Shown one piece after another: positions 34,507-49,383 of a stretch of DNA of 64,000 bases (position 1 is the first letter of the stretch; every line of letters starts with the position of its first letter). The DNA comes from Octopus sinensis (Eukaryota). The DNA is taken from NCBI RefSeq assembly GCF_006345805.1, contig NC_043009.1:69688001-69752000 (forward strand), given 5' to 3'. Below the pieces are notes generated by a model. It did no database searches. It worked only from the letters and a program-made list of their open reading frames with translations, and was not told the DNA's origin. Both the position numbers and the translations under genes were made by a program.

Positions 34507-37500
34507 ATGCTTCAACACACGAAATTATATAAAGAATCTTGCTAACCAAATCCAAAAACGAAATATAACAGACGAAAACTTTTCTTTAAACATTGCAACT
34601 TCCCATAAAACCCTCTTTGGCAAATTTCAGATCGAATATGTCCCTTCTTTTTCCCTATCCGGCTGCTTTGGTCCATCAATAATTTTTCTTCAGCATAAGT
34701 AAGCAAATGTTAATAGTTGACATAGCATTGATCTGTTCATGACACTACACAATTTTCTTTCCTAACTATAAATTTGTGATGATTATTTTCTGCCGAATCT
34801 ATTGAGTGTATTTAATAGCTTTTGCTAGCCTCAATAGTATCACTCTTCTTGTGTTTCCAAAACAACCCACACCGTTCCCCCTTTACCTGTATATATTGCA
34901 TACTAATTAATCATATCCTTTTATAACGGTGTGATAGTAATCTGTAATGGTGTGGAGTTGACAGTAAGAAGCTTGGTTTTATCAAACTCACCGAGGTTAA
35001 AACATTCCATGTTCATAAAAGATATGACAAATTTATTATGGAAATCTCTTTTGCTCTCTCTCTCTCTCTTTCTCTCTCTCTCATCCTCTCTCTCTCTCTC
35101 TCTTTCTTTCTCTCATTCCCCACTCTCTTTTAAACCCAATGATTTAAACAGGATCGATTAAGCGAGGTATAAAATACAGCTGCATCAAGAAACGACAGAC
35201 AAAAACAATAAAAACAAAACACTACAGCAGCAGCAGCAGCAGGGGGAAATGACAACACAAACAACAACAACAACAACGATGATAGAAACACATGCAAACC
35301 ACAAATAACATTATCTTATTAAACGGAATATTATTTTCTCTACGTTGTCAAATACGATTATTTTCTAGAAAATGATGAATTGAAAGTAATTGAAACTAAA
35401 AGATAAAAGATGGCTGGGTGGGTGGGGTGGGGGTAATCATTGAAGACAAGAGAGAAAAAAAGGAAGAGAGCAAGAGTGAAAGAGAATTCGAATGAGTTGT
35501 TGACAGAGATATATAGGAGTTGTAATAGAGCGAGTGATGCGGATAACATGCTGTTTTGAACTAAACAGCTGCTAGCAGTTAAGATATTGATCTGCCATTG
35601 TTAGCACCTATTTCTGGTCGGTTAACTCGAAACTAAGACCAGAGAAGGCGCTCCGAGGGGATTTATTTCAGTGACGTTGAAACGTTAAAAGATGAGATCA
35701 CTAAGTTTTATAGCTTATCTAATCCATCGTTAAATCTGTAGAATTTCTTCAGCTAAACCCAATTCTCGGCTATACGAAATATAAGTTAACTGTTTATAGT
35801 TAATTTTCTTTAACACAACTCTGTCAATGCTAAGTTGTTCCTATATTTCATTCCTCTCTCTCTCTCTGTTTTCTATCTTTTTGTTTATTCCCGCTCTCAC
35901 TGTATCTCGATATTACCCTCCTTAACTCCGTCCGTCACTCTTTCTACTTCAGGTTCTCTTTTTCTATTTTCGATTCTGTTATAAAATCACCCAGTCAAAT
36001 ACTTGTGTTGAAATTAAACGAACCATTAAGTGCACCAAACTGAACTAACAGCTTAATGTATGACTTTCGTTGCAAAATAGCCATTTTATTCTTCTTTCTC
36101 ATTTCTTAATCTTCAAAATTCCACCCCGCTTTCTTCCTTCGTTAAAGTTCCTTACTCTACCTTTTCCCTCCAGTTTTCATGTCACAAAATGTAATTTGCG
36201 AACATTAAACTCGAAATATCTAACTCTCCGTCCTTCTTATCAAAATTGCTCCCTTTAGGGAATCCTATATAACATTACTTGTGATTTCGCAATAAAAGTT
36301 TAGATGAAAAACAAAAGTAAGAAAAAACAAAAAAAAACTAATTTCATTATCCTTACTTCTCCGAATACAAAACATTTCAGCATCAAAAAATATTATTTGA
36401 ACCAATGATGATGAACATCATTTTGATGAGGAGCATCGTCACGATCAGTACGAGGATTGCTACCAACCAGCCGCCATCATAGACAACAGCAATTTACACG
36501 TAAGTAACATTACAGCGACAACAATTCCTTATAGAAATGGTATCATGCAAGAACCAACATATTTTATTGCCAGCTTTGAAATAAATTCGCAAATTCTTTC
36601 TGCTTTCATCAATTTTACTTGCTTTCACTTTTATTAGACGAACAAATGAATCAGCTATCCAGTTTCGATTCATAGCTGTAACCATTTCATTCACTCCATT
36701 TATATACGAAGAAATAATTCAAATATTGTAACCATAACAAAGCTATAGGTAATTACATCTCATAATAAACCAAATACCTGATACACGTACAATTCCAGTT
36801 TGAAACCTTCTCAGGTTACTTATAAGTATCGACAAGTATCATGCTCTTAGATAAGGCGGACAAAAAAAAAAAAAAACCCCAACGCCGGAAATGTCCCAAA
36901 TTAAAAGGAAATGTAGTCGTAAAAACACCGAATCGGAATCGAAAAATGAGAGTAACGAAGGTTAAATCGTATTTGATAGAAACGTTTGCTCGACATGGCG
37001 AGATGTAAACAACAGTAGCAGCTGCAACAGCAAGCAATGTCACATAAGATAATGTAATCTTAGATAAACAATGTCCAGAAGATAAAAGGGTCGTGCTGAC
37101 AAGAACACCTTTGACCAAATGTATATTGATCGGGTCTGAACTGTTTTATCAGTTAGGACGGAGCAGTGGATAACGAAGACCAGCATTCACTATATTAGGA
37201 CCCCTCCACCAAACAGTAAGATAAAATAATCACAGTTGAATTATTTATTATGTATCATGACAATCCTAATAAATGTAAAAGAACTAAAAGAGTATAAGCC
37301 ATATGTGGCTAAAGCGATTTGTGAACAAGTATTAAATGATAGCATATCAATATTGTCCCAGAATTTTCAGTAATTGCACAAGACGTTTGAAAGATAATAA
37401 GGAAGCGGTCTGCATAGAAATGGCAAACGGAGGGATTACGCTCACTGTTTTGCTCAGTTCATTCTATCTTTCTGTCTCTCATGTCACAGAAAGACAGAAT

Positions 37501-39149
37501 TAACTAAACAGAACAGGCGGCGAAACGTGGAATGGAGAGTCGCAGGGGAGGTTACAGGATGTGTGACGAAAGACTTTTAGATAAAGGACACTGAAATAAA
37601 AATAATAATAAAGCTGAAGTGGCGACCAAGTATATAGACCGGGTAGTTAATTGGCAAAAGTATGACCGTCCCGAAATATAATAACAATACCTGTTTCAAC
37701 ACACGATTTCACATCCTGAATCTTACAAATCAAATACGTAAACGTAAAAGCAGACGACTGGCTGCGAATAATCATAGACTACATTACTGGACATTAGTAA
37801 CGGTTCACTTCGTTGGTTGAGGCAAGTCATGTAATTATAATCGTTCTTGATGTGAAGCATCGCACGGTACTAAAGAGGAGATAGCTACTCTGAAACGCAT
37901 GCATTCATCGATCTGGGTAGAGGGCGCTCCGAACTGAATTGGTGTGTTCATATCTTTTTGTCTACAGCGAGAATTTTTCTCCATGTCAAAAGGCTTTCTT
38001 AGGGGTTCGAATGTGTCTCAAGTATATTGGAACTGGTAACAAGTTTATGTTAGAACACCTAGAATGCCAGCGAAACACTTATCGAAAATTAAGTTTCGTT
38101 AAAAAGGTGAACTATACTTTGCCATTTCCTCTTTATTCTAGCAGTTCTTTGATGTTATTTTCCTCGCCGGCAATTTCAACAGGGCCAAGAAGAAGAACTA
38201 TTCGTCGTTGCTAGAAATTGGAAATAATCTCGATTATCGGTTTTGGGACGCTACGTGCTACTTCCGGAAATGAAGTTTGCCAGACTTACAAGAAATAAGA
38301 AGCACCTAGCGATATTTGAAGTGATGTCTGTGTTATAAGAAATATCAAACAGACCACTTGCTGTCTTTTAACTTGCCCTGCGGGATGGACGGCGGATTTT
38401 CCATGTGAACCGATTTCTCTATAATGATACTCCTGACTACGATTTCATTTAAGTGGATGATACTCTATCGAATATCTCCAAATTATGTTTGGCTAAATTT
38501 ATTAGAAGTTAATATGGACACACACACAGACTCACACACATACACACATATATAAATCTTTTTTTTTATCTATATAGATAGATATACACACAAAGAAGTA
38601 AGTAGAAGAATCGAATGATGCTTTAAAATGTTAGATTTACGAGCGTCAAGCTTAGTGTCCGAGAATGTTCGATAAGAATTCAGAAATGAATAGTTTGATC
38701 GAAATCAAACAATTAGATAATGAAATAAATGGTGAAATGATATAACCATGAAGTAGAAGAATAACAGGAACAGCTTTTAGAGACTGAGGGGTGTATATAT
38801 ATATATATATATATATGTATACACACACACACATGACATGGGTAATTCTTATATTAGAGAAATATAACCTAAGAGAAAGAATCTCTGCAAACAAAGACAA
38901 ATTAAAGAATGAAGGTAAATAAATAAATCAATTGGGAAGACAAGACAGAAAGAGAGGAAGAAAGAAAGAGGAGGAGATGGAAGGAAAGGGAGAAGCGAAG
39001 AAAGGGCAGAAAGTGATTGAATATCTTTGCGTGATTTCCAATAGAAAATTGGATTAACGGTTCTCAAAGAATTGGCAACTAGAAAGAAATGATGCTTTCG
39101 TCATTGTTCTTTAATTATTTTCATATTTCGTTTCATATACAATAGACAA

Positions 39150-39700
39150 TAATAATAATAATAATAACAGCAACAACACGTAGAACAATAATAGTTACAA
39201 CAATATCAAGCTCAGCAAAAACACCCACCAACGCTTACAAAACGCATCTAACACGAAGCAACAAGACAAACGTAGAAGGAGCATGAACAGCCGAAGCCTA
39301 ACGACATGAACAACAATAGCAGGATCAACAACAAATAAAACGTCAATAGGAACAACAGCCACATGAACAACACGAATAAAAATAACAGCCATCACTTCAA
39401 CAATAACAATAAGACGGGCAACAATAACAACAGCAACAGCTACAATACTAAATAACAACAACAACATTTTGGAACAATATTGACAACGAAACCTCTGGCA
39501 ACGCCTGCGACATTAACAACGACAACAACATCAAGCAGAAAAATCCACATCGATACGAAAGGAACACTATGAATACCAACAAGAAAAACATTAACTGCAG
39601 CAACAACAAGAACAAGCTTTACAAGAGAAATCCGTGTTGGTAACAAGCAAATATTAACATGTACAACCAACGAAACAAACATTGCATAGAATTAATTTAC
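39150..39700. repeat. Degenerate (AAC)n low-complexity tract
   Basis: About 550 bp rich in AAC/ACA, with many interruptions. Confidence 0.7.
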
Positions 39701-40039
39701 GGCAATAAAGGATTGCAAAGAAAAATCGCTGTAATTTGAACCAAGTTTCTTGTCATTTCTGTTTGATAGTTTTTCATATTGTTTTAATTTTGACGCTGAA
39801 GATCTCAAAAGTGACGGAGGGTGATGGTGGGAGGAGGGTAGTGAGGAGGGTGGCGATGATGTTGATGATGTTGATGGCGATAGTGTAGATTGAAAAATAC
39901 AAAAACAAAAGACAAAGCAAACAAAAACCCGAAATAACCATAAAACCTAAAGGAGAGAACTAAGAGGAGGAGGAGGAGAAAACTGGAATTCGTTTGTCGG
40001 ATTGCAGATGATGGAATGATTTGACAAGGATTTCACTGA

Positions 40040-40750
<711 letters not shown>

Positions 40751-41339
40751 TACTACTACTACTAGAACTACTACTACTAGAACTACTACTACTACTACTA
40801 CTACTACACACACACACATATATATATGTATATACATATATATATGTATATACAATATATATGTATATACAATATATATATGTATATACATATATATATA
40901 TGTCTATGTGTATATTGTGTATATATAGGTGTGTGTGTGTATGTATGCATGTACGACAGAGTGTTCCATCGATTGATGATGCGTAGTGTTCGAGAAACGC
41001 TCTTTTAAATCGAGGATATCGTACAACCCATTTACCATTTGCCGGTTCTAGACTCTCACATATTCTTACCATTCCGTCTCTTATCCACTGTACGTTATTC
41101 TATATAGTCTGATCTCCCCACGAGACAAAAGTATTATCTACACCCTTCTACGTCCTCCATCCGTATCTTGTTACCTGTCTTTCTTATATTTGAGTGAATG
41201 GGATCTGCGCTCTGGAAAACCTCATCGTCCTTCCTTGTTCTTCTGTCATAAAGCTCCCTTCTCTTCATTCTGATGAATAAACTACCTTGAGAATAGTCTT
41301 TTCACTCAGATTATTGTTCACTTTGACAACAAATATAAA

Positions 41340-42330
41340 GCGTTCCCTGGGCAACGCACAACGTTTAGGCGGTAATATTTGCTAGAAGAGATGTTGGCGT
41401 TCCTTTTCAGATTTATTTTTTATTCGGACTGTCTCTGGTCGAGATAAACTACCTTACTTCTCACCTCATCCCAGATAATCTCCACTTGCAGATCTCGACC
41501 AAACCAGACACTGAACCCTCTAACTGTTCCTCCTGTCCAGCGCCCTACGACGCTGTTGGTGACATGATCCTCCCCGTCCAGGCTCTCTGCTACAAGACCC
41601 TTCGTTGATATTCGCTTCTGTCACCTTACAACCGTGCCAACCACCACGATGCTCTTTTGTCAAGCAATATGACGGTAACTAACTCCGCGTAAACCGACAC
41701 GGATTTATCGCATCCTAGTTTACGCGCGATGATCCTCGATATCTCTAATTTCTGCAACAGGGGCTCAACTCTCAGTACATATCGAAAAGAGGTGACAGCC
41801 TTAACGAACAGAGCGCATGGCACTAAATCGTTCCGAAAGTTGGTCATTCACCGAAACTACAGTGCCGCACATTGTAGCGATCGAAATGCAGTAGCGAGGA
41901 TGGAAACCTGCTTTTATGAGGACAGCAACCGTGTATTGATGGTCGACGTACTGAGAGAGCTTTTGACTGATCTAAATGCCTCAAGACCCATCGATTCCAG
42001 GATTCTCGTCCATCCTCATTATTTATTTCTTTATTGCCCACAGAGGGCTAAACATAGAGGGAACAAACAAGGACAGACAAACGGATTAAGTCGATTGTAT
42101 CGACCCCAGTGCGTAACTGGTACTTAATTTATCGACTCCGAAAGGATGAAAGGCAAAGTCGACCTCGGCAGAATTTGAACTCAGAACGTAACGGCAGACG
42201 AAATACCGCTAAGCATTTCGCCCGGCGAGCTAACGTTTCTGCCAGCTCGCCGCCTTTTTCATCCTCATTATTATGCATCACTTGAAGTGGAAGTTGTCGT
42301 GAACCGGATATGTTGTACATTTGTTTAAAT
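41340..42330 (-). mobile_element. L1/Tx1-clade LINE RT fragment, interrupted by SINE C
   Basis: HDNFH, LDQSKA..VDHQY, SVR*GC, YVLRVEPLLQKLE, SVYAELVTV, VVGRWT...VWFGRDLQVE and YYRLNVVRCP, which correspond to RT motifs 2-7 with many lesions. Confidence 0.85.
42024..42256 (-). mobile_element. SINE family C, tail type 1, with a 13-bp TSD
   Basis: Full-length match to 6821-7042; direct repeat CATCCTCATTATT at 42011-42023 and 42260-42272. Confidence 0.92.
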
Positions 42331-44293
42331 AATTAAAAACCGCCAGCCACATGGCATGCACGAGTTTTATGTGAACTTGTCCGTTTTTTTAAAAATATTT
42401 ATATATATATTGCAATTAAAATAAACGAACACACAATTGGTTCCATCACCAGAGTATCACCGTTGATGTTGTCGCCGCTTCTCGTATGTTCTGCAGTTGT
42501 TTCTGCCTCCTCTACGGCGAGAAAGAAAGTCGTAGTTTTCGGGTATTTGGTCCTTGTGCCTATAACTGCGCTAAGCAAATTACAAAACTTGACAAACGGG
42601 TTTTTTTCAGGTTATATACATAATGTTCTGGGTAGAGTGTTCTTTTGATAAATGGAATAATCCAAACGAATATTAAGTGTAACGCAGACAGGCAGGCGGA
42701 GAGGAAGAGATGAAGAAATTAGCTTCCCTGGTTTGGTAATGGAAGGTTATTATTATTTGTCATCGTTGCAATATATAGGCGTATATATTTATATACTTAT
42801 AGACACATATCTCTACGGAATATTCATCATCAATGAACATTTATTTGGATATGTAACAGCAAGGGATTACATGTCGCACGTGCCTAGCTTTATATGTTTA
42901 TAACAAACTATGCTATAAGCATATTAGAAGACCCCAATAAATAAGTGTAACGAGATATATATTAATCTAACTTCTTTTTAACAAACCCAATTTGCAATTC
43001 CTTAAGAGAAAGTTTCTAACGCCGGCGAAATACTGAACCAGTATTATGTATAAATGCTCTATATAAGCTGTAAAATGGAACACCACCAGCACCACCACCA
43101 TATATAAAAAGAATCGTTATTATACATAATAAAAACTTTAACTAACCAAAGTGTGATCTGAATATGGTATATCTGCAATATGAATCTCAAACAAATTTAC
43201 TTTGAATACATACCTAAGAAAACAAGAAGAAACAATAAATTTCACTATCAAACCAGGAAAACTATCTCCACTATCCCTCCTCTCTACACATGCCAAGCAA
43301 ACACATAGTTGCCCTCCTCTCCTTCACCAACACTCCTTCCGTAATAACCATTTCTCCTGACTGCCTACACGACATCTAATTCTGATTCACATTACTCCAC
43401 ATATCTCCATTGACTGCCAAAAATATTGTGTTTACAGTCCAAGAAACCAAAGTAAACAAAGTCTGGTGACTGCCAGAGAAAAGTTGGAAGACGCAGTCAA
43501 CACTTACCCTTTAAAAATTAATGAATTCGTACCCGGGGAAACGGTACTGAGTGATCCTTTAATTTGATGTTAAATTGCTTTTCATATAACTTCACACAAA
43601 CACACACATAAACATTGTGTGTGTGTGTGTGCGTGTATGCATGCATGTGTGTGTATATGTATATATATATAGACACATATATTACCGATATATATACACA
43701 CACATATTAGCTATATATATATATACATACATACATAGACTGATATATATGTGTATATGCATGTGTGTGTACGTGCTTGTGTGCTTCTGTATATGACTGC
43801 CTGTGTATTGGTATGTAATATTAGTTTGGTATCAGTGGAATCAGTCATTACGATTCATAATATACTTCTGTAATTATACTAAATACATTTATAGATTGTT
43901 TATTTCATTCAGCAATGTAGATTTTTCATATTTTTCATATCATTTTCTAAGACACAGCATTAACTTAAAGGGGAAAAAAATCCTCGAACAAATATAATTA
44001 TAAATACATCCTGCATTAATGTCAGCAGAATGGTTGAACCCCACTCACCGTCACTCGTTCATTAATATCTATCTATATATATATGACAGCGGAGATAATT
44101 GTGTATGTGTGTGTGCATGCACACATGCAATCTCAGACACAGATATACTCGCGCATACAAACACATACATACACGAACAAAAATACTCATACATACATAC
44201 ATACATACGTATATATATATATATATATAAATATAAACATGGACGTATGTAATAGATAAGTAATTTACATATATGAATATGGATATATGTATA

Positions 44294-44328
<35 letters not shown>

Positions 44329-46324
44329 TAGACGCACAGTGATACACATCAGCATAAATGCAAATAATTGCGACATTTTTTCTTTTATAGATGGAAGTTA
44401 CAGGGGAGTAAAAACAAAACAAAAAGCACTTATAACTTTACGGTGATTGGTGAAATTCTGTGAATTATTACCAAGACAAATGCATAATGTTCTGTATAAA
44501 CACATAACAGAATAGAAAAATACCTATATGAAACAGACCAAAATATACTTAATGCATTTCTGATCAACACAAATTGCCCTTGGGTCGTCTCTGGAATGTT
44601 TTAAGAGTGCCATTCCAAATGCATGAGGAAACAAACATAGAATGTATTGTTGTAATCTTCTGTTGGAATCTAAAAGTGTTTCGGAAAAATAACTAATGAC
44701 TCTTAATGGTGAACAAAATCTTGCGTACGTGAATGTTCAGATACAAAAGGGAAGTCGCTGAAATTTCTCGTACCATCTTATAAAACATAACGAAAGGCAC
44801 ATCGCATAATGAATAATGGGGGCCTGGATGTGATAACAAAAGGGCGGTAATGTGACGTCTTGCACATGCGTCTGTTGATAGACAAATCCATCCAACCATC
44901 CATCCATCCAGCCAGCCATCCAGCCAGCCATCCATCCAGCCATAAATAAAATGTAGTGGTATGCTAACATTGCCTCATTTCATTGCTATAATATACGATA
45001 TATCATATTTACAGATTCGGTGGCCAACATTGTTTTAGAACTACTGTAAACCTTGCATCTACCCATGATCTTCCTAATTTGCCCTGGCGCATAATATTAA
45101 GGAATTTGTTGGGGGATAGTCAAGTTAGGCACATACTGGCAGATAACAGTTCCAAAACGAGTCGAAATATGAACACAACTATTTCCTCCTCTTCAGTTTG
45201 CGACTGTTTTGAGTAGACGATATGTGAACATTTACCATAAAAAAGTGTTGACTAACAAATCTATGGACATATTTTCTGGCGTATTCCAAAGTAATACGTA
45301 CACTTATAAGTGACTCTTACCGAACACCTTACGAGTTCTCCAGGAATGCAACAAAATTAGTCCTTTAACAGTGATTCACCTATTGAATAAATTTATATTC
45401 CTCTATCTTAGATTATTGACTCCCTAACTTTGTTGTTCCTTGTGTTTCCAACTGAATCGCAACGCCAGCCGCACACAGATGCACCCCCCTGCACACGCGC
45501 ATACATGCAAACCAGCAAATGATTTGCATTTTGATTGTGATAATGGAACTCTATGAGCCAAAGAGCTGTAGCTGTGGGTGTTTTACCCATGGCAGCTCTG
45601 AGGAAGCTAAGCATATCTGAAGTGGAGGCTTATACTGAATGAGACAGAGAATGTTCACCAAGATTAGCAGCTGTTGGCTATGTTTGCTTAGAAGGAGTGA
45701 CACTTTCCTTGACGTAAAAGGAACTGAGGAGTTCTGGTCTGTGACCACACTGGAGTTCTTCTAGATCAAACCGAAAGAGAAGAAAAAGAGCTCAGAATTT
45801 ATTTACCTGCCTATCATCTTGCGAAGAGGATGTTCAACTGAGCAAACAAAACACAGACGAAAAGAAATGCACAATGTATATGTAATAAAAGCTATGCTCT
45901 CTCTCTCTAAACGAAACACAATCAAAAGAGCGTCACCAAAAGGATACCCACAGCAAACAAAGACAAATCCAGAAACAACCAAGAGGTTGGCGGCACTGAG
46001 TATTGATGATTTTGTCTGGGATGCGCCATCCAAATGATATGTCTCTGACGACGTTCAACTCACGTGATACATCATAGAAAGAACCTGGCATGAGTTAAGG
46101 CCCTGATCAGTTTAGTTGTATATAAAGTTTTGTTAGGTTCAATCATTAATAGTTAGCGGTTGTCCTAAAAGGCAGCTGATCTTCAGAGTTTGTTTTCAGA
46201 TTCTGAAACTCTGCGATATACGGCAACATATTCTCAGCAGTGAGAAGAAATGGCCACCTGTTGGAATCGCACAGCATACAATATCGTGATGTTGTTGATT
46301 GACGATATTGTGCCTACCGGGGGT

Positions 46325-46500
46325 TTGCACTGTTTGTCAAGAAACAACAAGGATCTCGGACAGACAGTACTTTAGGCAATATGCGTACAGTTCCAAGTAA
46401 TACTGACTTTGCATTACATCTAGAGTGTAGGGTATTTCTAGAGCTTTTATGAGTTTTTTTCAGATTGGGTGGTATTGAACTCAATGCTCCGATGACATAT
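46325..46500 (-). mobile_element. 3' end of an RLE-type (R4/Dong-like) non-LTR retrotransposon
   Basis: With compensating frameshifts it reads VIGALSSIPPNLKK-LIKALEIPYTLDVMQ-SVLLGTVRILPKVLSV, the C-terminal motif of restriction-like-endonuclease elements. It abuts (CAT)n(TAT)n. Confidence 0.65.
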
Positions 46501-47249
46501 CTTCATCATCATCATCATTATTATTATTATTATTATTATTATTGTTGTTGTTGTTGCTATTATTATCATCAACGTTTTTTGCAATATTTTTTCTAATTCG
46601 AGAGAAATTTTTAGGAAGAAAACTTTATCAAAATCGAATGAATGATTAAATTTCGATTTTCAGTTTTATGTAAAGAATGAATCTAACCAATAATTGCATA
46701 CTCAAACAAGCAGCGACGAACAAAAAACAAAAACAAAAAAACAAACAAAGCAACACATTAAGCAACATTAGTGACAACAATATCACCAGCAATTACAATC
46801 AGACTATTGTTAGCAACCCAAGACCGACAAATAAAATCTTGCATGGTTGAACAAATCTCTTTAACGCTTTATGTTTGATCGTGTGGCCACATCTAATCGT
46901 TTATTATTAGAAAAAGATTAATAAAATAAATAGGGCAACAAGAATTCAATGCGCAGCTAGGCTAATTAGTAAACTCAACAAAAATATATTAGGAGGACGG
47001 AATAAGCAAGGAAACGGCCGAGTAGATAGGATGACTCTTTTGTAACTGACAACTGACCTATACTTCTAAGAACCGTAAGTTGTTACAGCTTGTATTCAAT
47101 TGTTATTATGCTTAGATATTTGCAATATTTTTTCCGTGGGGTTCGGTGTCTTTTCTATCTTCTGTGGAACATCTCATGTCAAATAAAAGAAAAAAGTAAA
47201 TCCAAAACTGAGGCTGTAATAAAAATAATTGTTTATGTCGACACAAGAC

Positions 47250-47780
47250 CTGAAAGTTGGTAGAGGAGACTAATCAATGCCATCGACCTCGGGACCTGAC
47301 TGGGTTTTATTTTACAAACCCTAGAAGGTTGAAAGAGAAAGTGACCCAGGGGTATTTGAACTCAGAGCCCAGGGTACTGAAACGATTACTGTAAAGTATT
47401 CTGTCTGGTAGTCTAAGAAGCAATAATCATAAAAATAATCATTGTTTCTAATTTAGGCAGAAACCGTAGAGACTGAGTTCAGTATTTAATTGCTGCTTTC
47501 TTTCCATGGACCCTGGAAGAAGGAAAGGCAAAGATGACCGCCACGCAATTCGAACTCAACGTCGTGTGGCGGTACAGTATTGCTTTGTAAAAGCTTTACA
47601 ATTCTGCTAAATCACCACCTGTCATAATTGCATTTAGGCATAATCGCGATTTAGACACAAAACCCGTAATTTAAGGGGATGGGGGTTAACCGAAACCATT
47701 GAATTTTAGTGACTGATTGGTACTTTATTTCATCGACTCCGCAACGATGAAAGGCAGAGTCGATCTCGGCGGATGCAAGA
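47250..47780 (-). mobile_element. Cluster of three old family C fragments
   Basis: Three degenerate matches to the gg.a.....ga.gaaaggcaaag.cga.ct.ggcgg.atttgaactca core at about 47275-47420, 47480-47621 and 47652-47775. Confidence 0.6.
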
Positions 47781-48044
47781 CAATTATTATTAATCCAACA
47801 TATTTTAAATACTTTACTATTGTTAAACCAGAAGGAATTCATTATATATATATTTCAGAAATATGATAACGGTGCGCGTAGTATATATAGTTTCTCTGGG
47901 TGAAACATGAAAAATATCGTGAGTAAAACAACAGATGAAAAAAAAAATGATAAAAGATGTATTTTGTTAACTTTTTCTAACAATTGGAATCTTCTAGACT
48001 GGAAATGTAAAAACATGATTCCCACGATGGAAATGAAAGAGAAG

Positions 48045-48120
<76 letters not shown>

Positions 48121-48481
48121 AAAAAGGAGTGAGAGTGGGAACCGAAAAAGTATCATTTTGGGTCTATAATTTAGATATTTTGAAGCCTTTAATTATTTAG
48201 GTACGGTAATTATCCAGACAAACAAAACAGTTTGAAATCTCGTACCTAAGAGGATAAATCCTACGTGACAACGAAATAATTGGGCCGCACTGTACACGCA
48301 CCACACACAGATGAACATTCATACATCATAGACAAACAAACTTATACGGTGTCAGTTTTGGAGAATTAATTATTCCTAAGATCGCCTCGCCTCCTAATCT
48401 GGAGTTGCTATCATTTGCCATCAAGCGATTTGTCTACTTTCACTGGAAGCACAGATAATTTTAATAAATTACGAATTTGTT

Positions 48482-48895
48482 TTAAGTTAAGTTAATTTTT
48501 TGGCTCAAAAAGCAAAAGCGAGGCCATGTAGGGGGACATGGAGTTATGTACAGGGAGGGTGTTCATGCAAAGAGTTCAGGCCATTTCTGGTCAAGAGAGA
48601 CTTTGAACCGAGCGGTCGTCAGCATCTTCACCATCTCGTCCGGCAGCTTATTCCACGGATCCGCAACCCGGACGGAGAAAGCTCCTCTCCTACGATTGAG
48701 ATGAAATCGTCGCAGGTAGAGCCTTTCGGAGTGACCCCGCAGCCGATGCTCTGGAGCAGGAGTGAAGAACAGCTCTTTCAAGAGGTTACACTTTCCGCTT
48801 ATTATGTTGTGAGCAAGAATGAGATCACCACGGCGTCGTCGTTTTTCTAGAGAATAAAGGTGGAGCGTCTTCAGCCTTTCTTCATAAGACAAATG
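48482..48895 (-). mobile_element. CR1-clade LINE, 5'-truncated 3' end
   Basis: Open 109-aa ORF2 C-terminus: YEERLKTLHLYSLEKRRRRGDLI, LRGHS, FSVRVADPWNKLP, FKVSLD. The 3' UTR has the stem-loop CCATGTCCCCCTACATGG and a (TTAAC)n terminus. Confidence 0.92.
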
Positions 48896-49352
48896 TATGT
48901 CATATTCTTATTTCTTTTTGTGGCTCAAATACAGACCTCGAGCCATTTAAAGAAATTATTTGCCCTAAATCATTTTTTCTTTCACTAACGTTAATTACCA
49001 ACACAATAAATGTGTTCTATTCTATGCTTGAGTCTCTCTTCTGCTGAAGATAAGGTGGGACAATTCCCCTGCTGATGACGGCTACTTGTAAAGACACATT
49101 TTTCCACAGCTGTTCTATTGTTTTCAGGCAATCAAATGTGGCACTGAACAATTCTTATTTCCACTCCTCATTTGCAGTTGGTACGGATAACAAACCAAGT
49201 AATTGTTCTACCCTCTCTGCAAGGGGAGATGATTTCAATAAACCAAGAATTTATCTTGTGTTATTTAGCACTGCCTTCTACGTCTACGTTGTTGAAATAT
49301 TACACTGACAACACAGTTATTTCCCTTTGCTCATTTTGCATCAAACACTCAA

Positions 49353-49383
<31 letters not shown>

